Shown: positions 17,781 through 26,563 of the stretch, piece by piece
How the letters are laid out: every line of letters begins with the position of its first letter
Position numbering within the stretch: the first letter of the stretch is position 1
IMG/VR virus record: IMGVR_UViG_3300048592_000600
Coordinates: 1 to 60,115 of that record
Strand: one strand, 5' to 3'
Length of the DNA: 60,115 nt
Source: a virus
Lineage: Duplodnaviria; Caudoviricetes
Made by a program: the position numbers and the translations under genes
Notes under the pieces: generated by a model
What the model was told of the DNA's origin: nothing
The model's input: only the letters and a program-made list of their open reading frames with translations
Databases searched by the model: none

Positions 17781-18394
17781 ACCTGGAACCGATCTTTGCC
17801 TTGGCAATAGGCGCCATTGGCGTGCATCTGTATCAACGCCAAAAGAACAAACCAGCACCGGCAGTTCGATACGAAGCGCCGGAATTGAACCGTATTACGC
17901 CGCAAGCCGCCGCACCAGTGCCAGCCGCAGTGACGGACGGTGGTACGCTGCCATGGATTGCCGTCGCGGTCCTCGGTGTTTCGCTGTGGTATTCCATCAG
18001 CAATCAGCGCGATGCGCTGAACAAGCCCGAGAGCGTTGGCATTTTGGGCAAGGCGTTTTCAACCAACGACGATCGCGCTCAGGCGTCCCGGGATGCCAAG
18101 CGGTTCGGCAAGTTGTGCGCGTCCTTGGCCGATGACATCGAGGATGACGCCAAGCTGCAGTCGCCGTTTTTTAAGACTGGCGTGCAGTTGGATGAACTGC
18201 GCCGCCGAGCTCGCATCTACATGTTCCGCGGCACCAGCTTATCGGCTAAATATCCCGGGCTACCAGTTGCCGTCGATACGCTGCTCACCGCGCGCGTTGG
18301 AACTTCTGGCGGGCCGATCGACAACGAGCAGCGGCGCAAGTGGGTTGCTGCGTTTCGCGAGCTTGCTGCGGCCGGCGAGGAGGCGAGCAAGTAA
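17777..18394 (+). CDS. Membrane protein with two TM segments
   Basis: PIFALAIGAIGVHLY and LPWIAVAVLGVSLWY. Confidence 0.65.
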   Translation: MNLEPIFALAIGAIGVHLYQRQKNKPAPAVRYEAPELNRITPQAAAPVPAAVTDGGTLPWIAVAVLGVSLWYSISNQRDALNKPESVGILGKAFSTNDDRAQASRDAKRFGKLCASLADDIEDDAKLQSPFFKTGVQLDELRRRARIYMFRGTSLSAKYPGLPVAVDTLLTARVGTSGGPIDNEQRRKWVAAFRELAAAGEEASK

Positions 18395-18732
18395 TGCCCA
18401 TCTTTGCTCACGCTCTGTTTGCGATCCTAACAATCAGCGTCAGCGTATGGAATTGGTGTGAACTGCAAGCGGCACGTCAGCAAATAGTTGCTTACGAGCA
18501 GGGCTTGCGGGAGTGGATGGACTCGCATTCGCAGTGGGTTGCCAAATGCGAGACGCTGGAAATCATCCAGCGCATCAGAGACAAGCAGTTGAGCGATGTC
18601 CGCAAGGATCGGTGGCAACTTTATCGCGTGACCTGTGGCATGTACGACGGATTCAAGGGGATCTGCAACAGCCACGGAGTCAAAACTTTAGTCCTAGCCG
18701 AAACCGGCGAAGTTATTGAGGTCAACGAATGA
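18394..18732 (+). CDS. Membrane-anchored coiled-coil protein (i-spanin-like topology)
   Basis: TAATG coupling; N-terminal hydrophobic helix then helical domain. Confidence 0.5.
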   Translation: MPIFAHALFAILTISVSVWNWCELQAARQQIVAYEQGLREWMDSHSQWVAKCETLEIIQRIRDKQLSDVRKDRWQLYRVTCGMYDGFKGICNSHGVKTLVLAETGEVIEVNE

Positions 18733-19928
18733 ACAAGATCCTGTCAAACCTTGGCGGCAAAATAGCTTTGGCACTCCTGTTTGCCGGTGCTCTGTACGCT
18801 ACTTTCCTGTGGCAGCCAGCGCCGGCTCCCGCACCTGCCGAGCAAGCGGCCCCCGGCACGTTCGCCGAAACGCCTGAGCAAATCAAGGAGTTCGGCGGTA
18901 TCCGCGAGGATGGCGAAATCAAGTTCGGCTATACCCCTCGGCCGGCTGAGTCCAAGCAATTCGTCGCGTCCCTGGCGAAGCCGTTGCTCGCGCAAGCTGG
19001 CCCTGACGTTCTCGCCAAGGCGCAGAATCAAAAGCCGGTTCTCCTGTACCGCGCGCTCTACGAAGCGTTCGCTCATTTCAATGGTGGCGAGCAATGGCGC
19101 GTTGGCAAGCAAGGCATCGGCGACTGCGTTAGTTGGGGGTGGGCGCACGGAGCCGATACGCATCTTGCCGTCATGTGGAAGAATGGCGATACCGGCGAGT
19201 GGCGGCAAGCGGCTACGGAATCAATCTACGGTGGCTCGCGCGTCGAGGCCCGCGGCGTCAATCGCGGTGGCTACTCCGATGGCTCGTACGGCGCGGCTGC
19301 TGCTAAATGGGTCAGTAAATGGGGCGTGACGTTTCGCCAGCCTTATGACCGGTTCGACCTGACCAAGTACAGTGCGAGCCGCGCCAAAGAGTGGGGCAAC
19401 TTTGGCAACGGTGGTGAGGGCGACGGCGGCGCGTTCGACGAAACCGCCAAGAAGCATCCGATCAAGGGCGTGGTCCTGATCCGTAACTTCAAGGAAGCGG
19501 CTGCCGCGATTCAATCTGGATACCCGATCCCTGTTTGCTCAGGGCAGGGCTTTAGTAGCTCGCGTGACAAGGACGGCTTCTGCAATCCTCGCGGCAGTTG
19601 GGCGCATTGTATGTGCTTCATTGGCGTACGGTTTGATCGACCTGGGTTGTTGTGCCTGAATAGCTGGGGTACGTCTTGGGTGTCTGGGCCGAAGTTTCCT
19701 GACGATCAGCCTGACGGTTCATTCTGGGTCGATGAGGCAACCGTCAACTCCATGCTGCGCGGCGAAGATAGCTTCGCTGTCTCTGGCTATGAAGGGTTTC
19801 CGTATCGCGATTTGACGCACGGCGATTGGGTGCTGACCGATCCCGCTGATGTCGAGGTTTACCTTGCTCGTCTTGAGAGGCCATCGCGCCGTCGCGAGGC
19901 TCTTGCCAGCTACTCTATTTCCCCGTAG
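18729..19928 (+). CDS. Papain-like cysteine peptidase (C1 family) with N-terminal TM/signal
   Basis: QGIGDCVSWG (oxyanion Q and catalytic C), WAHCM (H), LNSWG (N). Confidence 0.88.
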   Translation: MNKILSNLGGKIALALLFAGALYATFLWQPAPAPAPAEQAAPGTFAETPEQIKEFGGIREDGEIKFGYTPRPAESKQFVASLAKPLLAQAGPDVLAKAQNQKPVLLYRALYEAFAHFNGGEQWRVGKQGIGDCVSWGWAHGADTHLAVMWKNGDTGEWRQAATESIYGGSRVEARGVNRGGYSDGSYGAAAAKWVSKWGVTFRQPYDRFDLTKYSASRAKEWGNFGNGGEGDGGAFDETAKKHPIKGVVLIRNFKEAAAAIQSGYPIPVCSGQGFSSSRDKDGFCNPRGSWAHCMCFIGVRFDRPGLLCLNSWGTSWVSGPKFPDDQPDGSFWVDEATVNSMLRGEDSFAVSGYEGFPYRDLTHGDWVLTDPADVEVYLARLERPSRRREALASYSISP

Positions 19929-19936
19929 GTGAAACG

Positions 19937-20224
19937 ATGAAGATCCGCGATTACTTGCTTGTGGGGCTTTTGATCTTTGCGACCGTTTGGTTCATGCAGC
20001 CAACCAGTCCAGGCGGTGCGATCGTCGAGCGGCCGTTCCTGGCTGGCGTGGTCAAGCTGGCCAAGCAAATCGGATGGTTCTTTTTGATCCTCGACGAACC
20101 TCCCGTCGATGACTACCCGCCAGAGCCGTACATGGACCTGCCGAGTGAATTGGCGAATGAGCCGCCTACATACTCGCCCGACATTAACGGCGTGGTCAAT
20201 CTCCGTCATGCGGAGGGATGGTGA
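19937..20224 (+). CDS. Membrane protein
   Basis: YLLVGLLIFATVWF TM segment. Confidence 0.6.
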   Translation: MKIRDYLLVGLLIFATVWFMQPTSPGGAIVERPFLAGVVKLAKQIGWFFLILDEPPVDDYPPEPYMDLPSELANEPPTYSPDINGVVNLRHAEGW

Positions 20225-20340
20225 TGCGAGACGTACTTCTCGGGCTCTGCACTGTTGGCTTAACTATTGCGGCGTGCGTTGCGCGTTCGTTTCTTGTTCC
20301 TCTCGATATGGGACCATGGGAAGATGATGACAATTATTAG
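20224..20340 (+). CDS. 38-aa peptide, possible lipoprotein (below the ORF-track cutoff)
   Basis: MRDVLLGLCTVGLTIAACVARSF...; TGATG coupling, GGAGG RBS, lipobox-like IAAC. Confidence 0.4.
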   Translation: MRDVLLGLCTVGLTIAACVARSFLVPLDMGPWEDDDNY

Positions 20341-20794
20341 CAAGTTCTGGCCGCTGTTGTTGGGCTTGGGGTTGTTCCTCTTGGCTGTGTCGATTCGCTC
20401 GCACATGGCATCGCGCATTGACTTTGATCAAGTGCAAGCCGATGCGGCCGTGATGTCGGCATCGGCGAGCCTGCACAGCGCAGAGAACAAGCCCGCGCCG
20501 ACTCCTGAGCCTGATGGACGTTCGCCGGTGCGCGTGGTGCCTAAGATCAATAATGCGATGTTTGAGCAAGCTGCGCCATCGAAAACGCCATCGGCCAAGG
20601 GAGCCGATCAGGCGATGACGATCGCCAAGCCCAAGATTGATCCTGCCAAGTACAGCGCGATGCCAGATTTTTCCGTGACGGCAAAACCAGTAACTAAGCC
20701 CCGGCCGGTTGTAGTCAAGAAACCAAGTCCCGGCGTTGCACCCTCTGCTCCAATCCCCACCCCTCGGGCGCGCCGGGGCTTGTTTTTTCGCTAA
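20324..20794 (+). CDS. Membrane-anchored Pro/Lys-rich protein
   Basis: FWPLLLGLGLFLLAV TM segment; ends RRGLFFR. Confidence 0.6.
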   Translation: MMTIISKFWPLLLGLGLFLLAVSIRSHMASRIDFDQVQADAAVMSASASLHSAENKPAPTPEPDGRSPVRVVPKINNAMFEQAAPSKTPSAKGADQAMTIAKPKIDPAKYSAMPDFSVTAKPVTKPRPVVVKKPSPGVAPSAPIPTPRARRGLFFR

Positions 20795-20805
20795 GGAAGA
20801 AGGTT

Positions 20806-21900
20806 ATGTCCTACGATCTTTTGCTTGATCTGCCCGGGTTCGATGTTGCCACGTCTGGCCTGCGCATCACCGTCACCAACAACGCGGACGGGACGGCATC
20901 GGTCAACATTTTCGACAAAACACGCACCGAGGGCGAGTACCAGTATTTTGTCAACGATGTGCTGACTTGGACCGAGCCTTACAACGGCAGCTTTCCGGTT
21001 GTTCTCACGATCAATGATCCAAGTCAGGCCTACAGTTTCCGCGTTGAATACTACGACGATGGGCCAACGCTCGTTGAAACCTCGAACACGGTGAGCAAGG
21101 TAATTACCGGGGACACGGACGGCGCAGCGTTTGTCGCGTATCAAGAATCGCTTGGCTACACGTTCGGAGCGGGCGAGGCTGATGCTTGGCAAAACTGGTT
21201 TGCCGACAATCGCTCTGATGGGATTTTGTCGAAGATCGCCGAAGCCGCGTTTTTCATTTTCGGCAACAACAACTACAACCGGTCGTTGCTCATCAATCGT
21301 TCTGCCGGCTCGTTTCCCGCTGGCACAGCCACGGCATCGAGCGACCGCGTGACGTTTTCGAGCAGCGGCTATTTCTCGTTTGTTCGGACTCTTGCGGGGA
21401 TGGGTTTGACTTCGAGCGGACATGGCTCGTTTGTTATTTTCCCAACATCAATCAGTGACAACAGCGGTTCAGATATTGGCGCAGTTGGCGGCGGCGGCGA
21501 GACTCGTCAGGCTTGCCGCAACACCGGAACTTTAGGTTATTTCCGCATGGGCGGAACGACAGACGGCACAAATTCATTTGAGGCCGTAAATGTCACTTCC
21601 TACACGGCGGCGGGCATGTGGGTATCGTCTCGCTCGTCGTCTAGTGTGGCGGTCGTTAAATACTACGACTGGACCACGATTTCGACAGTCGCTAGTACAA
21701 GCGGTTTCAGTGGTACAACGTTTCCGACGAACACGCTCGCGCCCTATGTTGGCGGCGTGAACACAAGCGGATCGCTCACGCAACCTACAAACCGGCCATA
21801 CACTGGCGCAGGCCAAACGCTTGACCTGAGCAGCGCAGAAATTGACCTGCTCATGGTCAACACCGAAACACTCCTTGTAGCCTTGGGGAAAATCATATGA
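20806..21900 (+). CDS. Ser/Thr/Gly-rich beta-rich protein, possible virion or receptor-binding protein (LamG-like C-terminus)
   Basis: Composition; YVGGVN...RPYTG...LSSAEI pattern. Confidence 0.45.
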   Translation: MSYDLLLDLPGFDVATSGLRITVTNNADGTASVNIFDKTRTEGEYQYFVNDVLTWTEPYNGSFPVVLTINDPSQAYSFRVEYYDDGPTLVETSNTVSKVITGDTDGAAFVAYQESLGYTFGAGEADAWQNWFADNRSDGILSKIAEAAFFIFGNNNYNRSLLINRSAGSFPAGTATASSDRVTFSSSGYFSFVRTLAGMGLTSSGHGSFVIFPTSISDNSGSDIGAVGGGGETRQACRNTGTLGYFRMGGTTDGTNSFEAVNVTSYTAAGMWVSSRSSSSVAVVKYYDWTTISTVASTSGFSGTTFPTNTLAPYVGGVNTSGSLTQPTNRPYTGAGQTLDLSSAEIDLLMVNTETLLVALGKII

Positions 21901-22424
21901 CGAATCTTGAAAAATCCCGACTGCGCCGCGCGTCGAAACACCCGCCGCTTTTGCAAGCCAAGATCGACGAGGACCGCGAATTTGTCGCCGCCGTCGAAGC
22001 CCGCAAGGGCGAATTGCCGCAGCGCGACCTATTGGAACTGCGCGAACTGAAAGCGCAGATCGACGCCGCACGCGCGGAAAAGCAGACCGCGAAAGAGACG
22101 CTGATTGCCACGCGGGACACCGAGCAAGTTGCAAAGGCCACGCTACAGGCCCAGCTTGACGCGGCCACAACGAAAGCCGAGAAAGACCCGATCCGCGTGC
22201 AGATCGACGAGTGCAACGCGAAGCTCGAAGCCGCACGGCTCGACCTCGAAGAGGCGGACGCAACGCTCGACCAACTGCGCCAAGCCCGTGACGAGATTCT
22301 GTTCCAGGAGCGGCTGTCGAAGGACGAGCTTCTTGAAACCGACGCACCCGAAGTCAAACGCCGCAAGGATGCCCAAGAGGCTGATTGCGAGCATAAACGG
22401 AAGTGGTTGGCGAAGCATCGCTAG
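21897..22424 (+). CDS. Coiled-coil hypothetical protein
   Basis: Heptad-rich; its stop overlaps the stop of the convergent gene. Confidence 0.65.
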   Translation: MTNLEKSRLRRASKHPPLLQAKIDEDREFVAAVEARKGELPQRDLLELRELKAQIDAARAEKQTAKETLIATRDTEQVAKATLQAQLDAATTKAEKDPIRVQIDECNAKLEAARLDLEEADATLDQLRQARDEILFQERLSKDELLETDAPEVKRRKDAQEADCEHKRKWLAKHR

Positions 22425-25400
22425 GCTTTTGGTTGCGCAGCCTTGGCTCTCTTTTTGGCGCGCTCGCTCAGTTCCTTGAGCAACGCCTGAATCTGCATGG
22501 CGCGCTGCTGCTTCTCTGGCGGCAGTTTGGCCAGTTCCTCTTTTGAGATGAATACCTTCTCGTAAGCCTGCCCGCCCGTCTCGCGCAGAAGATCTTGCAA
22601 GTAGCCGCGGGCCATGGCTTCTTGCGTCTTGGCTGGCACGTCCGTGACCTTCACGCCGGTGAGCGTGTTCAATGCTTTGGCTCCAATGCCCTTGCGCGTG
22701 TCGGTCAACTGCTTGATCGTCGTGAGCGGCGTGGGCGCAATGTTCATCGCCAGCGTGTCAAGCCGCTGTGTTTGCCAAGGCTCGCCGCCAAAAATGTTCG
22801 ACTTGATGCGGCCGATCACGGGGTCCATGTCGCGCAGTTCGCGGTCTTGAAACAACGATCGACCGGTGGCTGTCTCGAGCGGAGCCTTGATGAGCGGATT
22901 GAGCATCCCGGTAAACTCCGCGCCTAAGCCCGGCCGGCCAACGAGCGAACCTGCCAGCGAGCCGAGCAGCGTCATGGAATCCTCGGGCATCAGGCCCAAA
23001 CCGGTGATGTACCGCGGGTCGCCTTGATCGTTCGTGCCATACGGAATCGCTGCCGTTTGGGCAATGTGCTCGGGCAGGATTTGACCCTCGCCTTGTAGTT
23101 CGGTGATCGTGCGCAGCGTCTTGCCGAGCGGGCCGCCAGGGTTTTGCGCAAGTTGCTTGACCGTGTAGGGAACCATACCTCTCGAGAAGCTCCAAAAGGG
23201 CATCGCTCGTCTCATGACAGATCGCTCGAACTGCGAGAGATTCCCGTAGTCAACGTGCATGTCCTTGATCTGCTGGGCCAGCGTTGCCGGGTCGATGCCC
23301 TTCGACAAGCCCTCAATCCACGCCGTCAACCGGTTCATGCCTTCGACGATGTGCGAGGCTTGTTCGTTGGCTTGACTGAGAAAGAACTTGGATTCCTCGC
23401 CGCGCAGGCCACGGCTGTTCAAGGGATTCATCGTCCCGCCCTTGCGGTTCTTCCACGCCTCTTTGCCGCGAGCATACAGCGATTTGATGGCCACCCGCGG
23501 ATCGAACGACGCGTTGGCCGGCACCGAGCCAGGGATTGCTCCGAGCACTTGATTATTCTGCACGCCAATGAGGTCGGCCGCTTGCCCGGCATACCTGGGA
23601 ATGACGTCGTGCTGAAACGCCAGATCAGCAACGAATTTGGTTGCTTCCTCATCGGTCCCCTGAAAACCCATGCGTTTTGCGAGCCCTGCGATGGTGTCGC
23701 CGTTCATCAGTTCGCGCGAGCCCTTGAGGCCGAACACGCTGAACAATCCGTTCTGGGCGTTTTGGATCTGCCCGCCCGCAAGGTTGCGCACATGGAACGC
23801 CGGCCGCATCAGGGCAAACGTCTTGAAGAACGTGGTGGACTTGTCGATCGCGTTCCAGAACGCCGAGATTTCCTGGGGCGTCTTGATCGTCTCGGTCAGC
23901 CGCGCCAGGTTCTCCACAACATCGCGCGGCACCGACCAGTTCTTTGCATCGCCCACGTCGCCCACAAGCTCGCCAATGTTCTTGAGAAACCCTTCGGTTG
24001 GCTTGTTGCCCGTGGCCATGCCCAGGGCCTCGGCTGCGTCAGCCAGCGACATAAGATCGCTGTTGGTCCCGGGCTGGCCTTTGATGAGATGCTGCGGCAG
24101 AGCCTCGATCTTGGCCTTGGCGTTGGCTGCGGACTTGCCCGCGCGAGACAGCCGTTGCCCGAGCATTTCCATCGGGTTGTTGGTGAAGAATCCCAGCGGT
24201 TCGCCCGTCTCTTGAAACCGTTGCAGGTACTTGTCGCCAACATCGGTTTGCAGCCAATCGACCAAGCGACCAGCGTTGGAACGGGCTTGCTCCATCTTGG
24301 CCAGGGAATCTTTCACCGCATCGGCCGTCGCGGGATTCTGGGCCAACTGCACCAGCGCGTCGTATTGCTGCCGATCAAAGCCCTGGTAATCGTAGTTGTC
24401 GAGCAAGAAATCCGCGGCTTGCTGGCGTGCTTGTTTGAGCGCGAATGTCTGGGCTGAGTCGGCGGTGCCTGCCCCCTTGAAGTCTTGCAGGTACTTTTGG
24501 TAGGCCGCGGGATCGGGCGGATAAATCTGCGTCAAGTCTTTGCTGACAAGATTGGGATCGAGCGTCATTCTGCTCAGGTCGGTCGTGAGGGCCCCGCGCA
24601 GAATCTCCTCGCGAGCGTTCTGCGAAGCGTTGCCGCTGCCGATCGCACCGTATCGATTCATGCGGTTGGTGTACTCGTCAGCCGATTCTCCGAGGTTCTG
24701 GGCCTGCCGAGCCATGTAGCCCAGTTCATCGCCCTTGAGCGTGCGCAGGGCCGTGCCAGCGTCCTTCTCGATGAGTTCCGAGTATGGCCCCATGAGGTCG
24801 GCGTAACGCTGGGCGAAGTCCATCGGGATTTCGAGGATGTTGCCACCGGCGCCGGGAGCGATGAGCGGCAACTGCGGGCCAGCGTTTGTGCCCCCCTTCT
24901 CCACGAAGTCCGAGAGCAAGTCTTGCAGCGGGATCGAAGTTTGCACTTCGGTCGGCATCGCTTCCCATTCGCGGATCAAATCGCCCAGCGGGCCGCGCGT
25001 GGCGGCTTGATACTCGAGCTCCTTGGCCGTGGCGTTCTGCGAGGTGATCTGGCCAACTGCATCTCGGAATCCGCGCGAGGACTTTTGGAACGCGGGCGCA
25101 AGGTAGTCGCGCACCGGGTTGACATCCCAGCGCCACGACGTCGGGTTGTAAACGGCATCGGTTGGCGGTGGCGTTACCGTGGCTGGCGGCACGACTGCGG
25201 GGCTGCCGAGTTGGCTGATGTCCGGCGCGCCGTCGAGTTCGGTCTTGAGGATGTTCGCGTTGCCGTAGTCCTGCGGTTTTGTTTGCCCCCAGCTTTCCGG
25301 CACCCAGCCGAGCCAGTTGCCATAACGGAACGTGTCGGCAAAGTTGTCGAGGCTCTTGGCCGCTTCGACGCCGCCTAGGTTAATGCCGCGCTCGCCCCAA

Positions 25401-26068
25401 CTCAGCCGGCCAACGCCAGCACGCAACGGCTCATCGACAAAGCCGCCTTGGCCTACGGGCAAGTTAAGTCCTTCATCGACGGCCTTGAGCAGATCATCGC
25501 CAAACCGCTCGCCGGTGACTTTGCTGGTGACACTCTGGATCCACCCGGGTTTAGATTGCTGGGCCGCCGTGCGAATCTTGGCCAGATCATCCGTGCTGCC
25601 CATGGCAATGTCGCGCAAGGTCTTGGACGATCCGAGTTCGGCCGCGCCCTGCACGAGCTTCGAGCCAGCGCGTACGGTTTCTGGCAGCGTGCCGGCTGCC
25701 TTGGCAATCTTGCCGCCCTTGCCCAGCGCCGAGGCTCCCAGCGTGAGGTAGGTCAGCGGATCAAACAGGATTTCGGTGCCGATGCCCGCAATGTCATCGC
25801 CCCAGGAATCGGGGTTGTCATCGACGCCGGCGAGTTCCTTGCCCGATACCCGCTGCGATGGATCGAAGATTCCGCCGAAAGCTCTGCCGAAATTGCCCGA
25901 GGCGATGCCGCGGATGAACGACCCCGGCGTGTCGAGGATGTTCCCAAGCGTGCCGAGCGCACCCAGGCCAACGTCGCCAAGGTACGAGAGAATCCCCTGA
26001 TCTTCTTCATCCTCGGGGAGTTGGTAGTCCTGAAAGATTCGCGGCGCGTTGAGGTAGGGATTGACCAT
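22421..26068 (-). CDS. Large internal virion / DNA ejection protein (1215 aa), LPD38-like C-terminus
   Basis: Last and largest gene of the virion operon; DPLTYL, PAFHVRN, DYGNLS.FER..MRRAMPFWSF, LNPLIKAPLE motifs. Confidence 0.7.
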   Translation of the reverse strand: MVNPYLNAPRIFQDYQLPEDEEDQGILSYLGDVGLGALGTLGNILDTPGSFIRGIASGNFGRAFGGIFDPSQRVSGKELAGVDDNPDSWGDDIAGIGTEILFDPLTYLTLGASALGKGGKIAKAAGTLPETVRAGSKLVQGAAELGSSKTLRDIAMGSTDDLAKIRTAAQQSKPGWIQSVTSKVTGERFGDDLLKAVDEGLNLPVGQGGFVDEPLRAGVGRLSWGERGINLGGVEAAKSLDNFADTFRYGNWLGWVPESWGQTKPQDYGNANILKTELDGAPDISQLGSPAVVPPATVTPPPTDAVYNPTSWRWDVNPVRDYLAPAFQKSSRGFRDAVGQITSQNATAKELEYQAATRGPLGDLIREWEAMPTEVQTSIPLQDLLSDFVEKGGTNAGPQLPLIAPGAGGNILEIPMDFAQRYADLMGPYSELIEKDAGTALRTLKGDELGYMARQAQNLGESADEYTNRMNRYGAIGSGNASQNAREEILRGALTTDLSRMTLDPNLVSKDLTQIYPPDPAAYQKYLQDFKGAGTADSAQTFALKQARQQAADFLLDNYDYQGFDRQQYDALVQLAQNPATADAVKDSLAKMEQARSNAGRLVDWLQTDVGDKYLQRFQETGEPLGFFTNNPMEMLGQRLSRAGKSAANAKAKIEALPQHLIKGQPGTNSDLMSLADAAEALGMATGNKPTEGFLKNIGELVGDVGDAKNWSVPRDVVENLARLTETIKTPQEISAFWNAIDKSTTFFKTFALMRPAFHVRNLAGGQIQNAQNGLFSVFGLKGSRELMNGDTIAGLAKRMGFQGTDEEATKFVADLAFQHDVIPRYAGQAADLIGVQNNQVLGAIPGSVPANASFDPRVAIKSLYARGKEAWKNRKGGTMNPLNSRGLRGEESKFFLSQANEQASHIVEGMNRLTAWIEGLSKGIDPATLAQQIKDMHVDYGNLSQFERSVMRRAMPFWSFSRGMVPYTVKQLAQNPGGPLGKTLRTITELQGEGQILPEHIAQTAAIPYGTNDQGDPRYITGLGLMPEDSMTLLGSLAGSLVGRPGLGAEFTGMLNPLIKAPLETATGRSLFQDRELRDMDPVIGRIKSNIFGGEPWQTQRLDTLAMNIAPTPLTTIKQLTDTRKGIGAKALNTLTGVKVTDVPAKTQEAMARGYLQDLLRETGGQAYEKVFISKEELAKLPPEKQQRAMQIQALLKELSERAKKRAKAAQPKA

Positions 26069-26202
26069 GTTTAAGAATCCAAGAAGTGCGGGAAAACGGC
26101 AATTTCCTGAATCTTTATCGTCGCAGGCTATTTGCTTTTTTGCATTTTCGATTCGCAGCGATTACGATGCTGGCGTCCGAAGAAAACCCGAGAGGGCGCG
26201 CA

Positions 26203-26307
26203 ATGAAGAAGAATTACGAAAAAGAGCAGCGCGATCGCGAGCAAGTGTGGGCGGCAATCTTGTGGATTGCGGCGATACTTCTGGTTGCTTCGCAGCTTTC
26301 TAGATAG
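26203..26307 (+). CDS. Small single-TM peptide on the strand opposite the virion operon
   Basis: MKKNYEKEQRDREQVWAAILWIAAILLVASQLSR. Confidence 0.45.
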   Translation: MKKNYEKEQRDREQVWAAILWIAAILLVASQLSR

Positions 26308-26317
26308 GCAAAAACTG

Positions 26318-26563
26318 ATGGACGAGAACAAGTCGGTTGTCACATTTCTTTCAGATGCAGCACCGTATCTGTTCACGGTGTTTGCTTGCGTTCTAACGGG
26401 CGTCATCATAACGCTGAGCAATCAGCAAGACCCAATGCGGCAACTGGAAGAATCCACCTTGCCGGCACGGGTCCGCGAGCTAGAGAAACGCATCAAGGAG
26501 CTACAAAGCCAAGGCCGTACGTCCGTTGTCACCAACCGTCGGTTGTCGGTGCCGGGCGTGTGA
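26318..26563 (+). CDS. Small TM plus coiled-coil protein (moron-like)
   Basis: YLFTVFACVLTGVIITL then RVRELEKRIKEL. Confidence 0.5.
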   Translation: MDENKSVVTFLSDAAPYLFTVFACVLTGVIITLSNQQDPMRQLEESTLPARVRELEKRIKELQSQGRTSVVTNRRLSVPGV

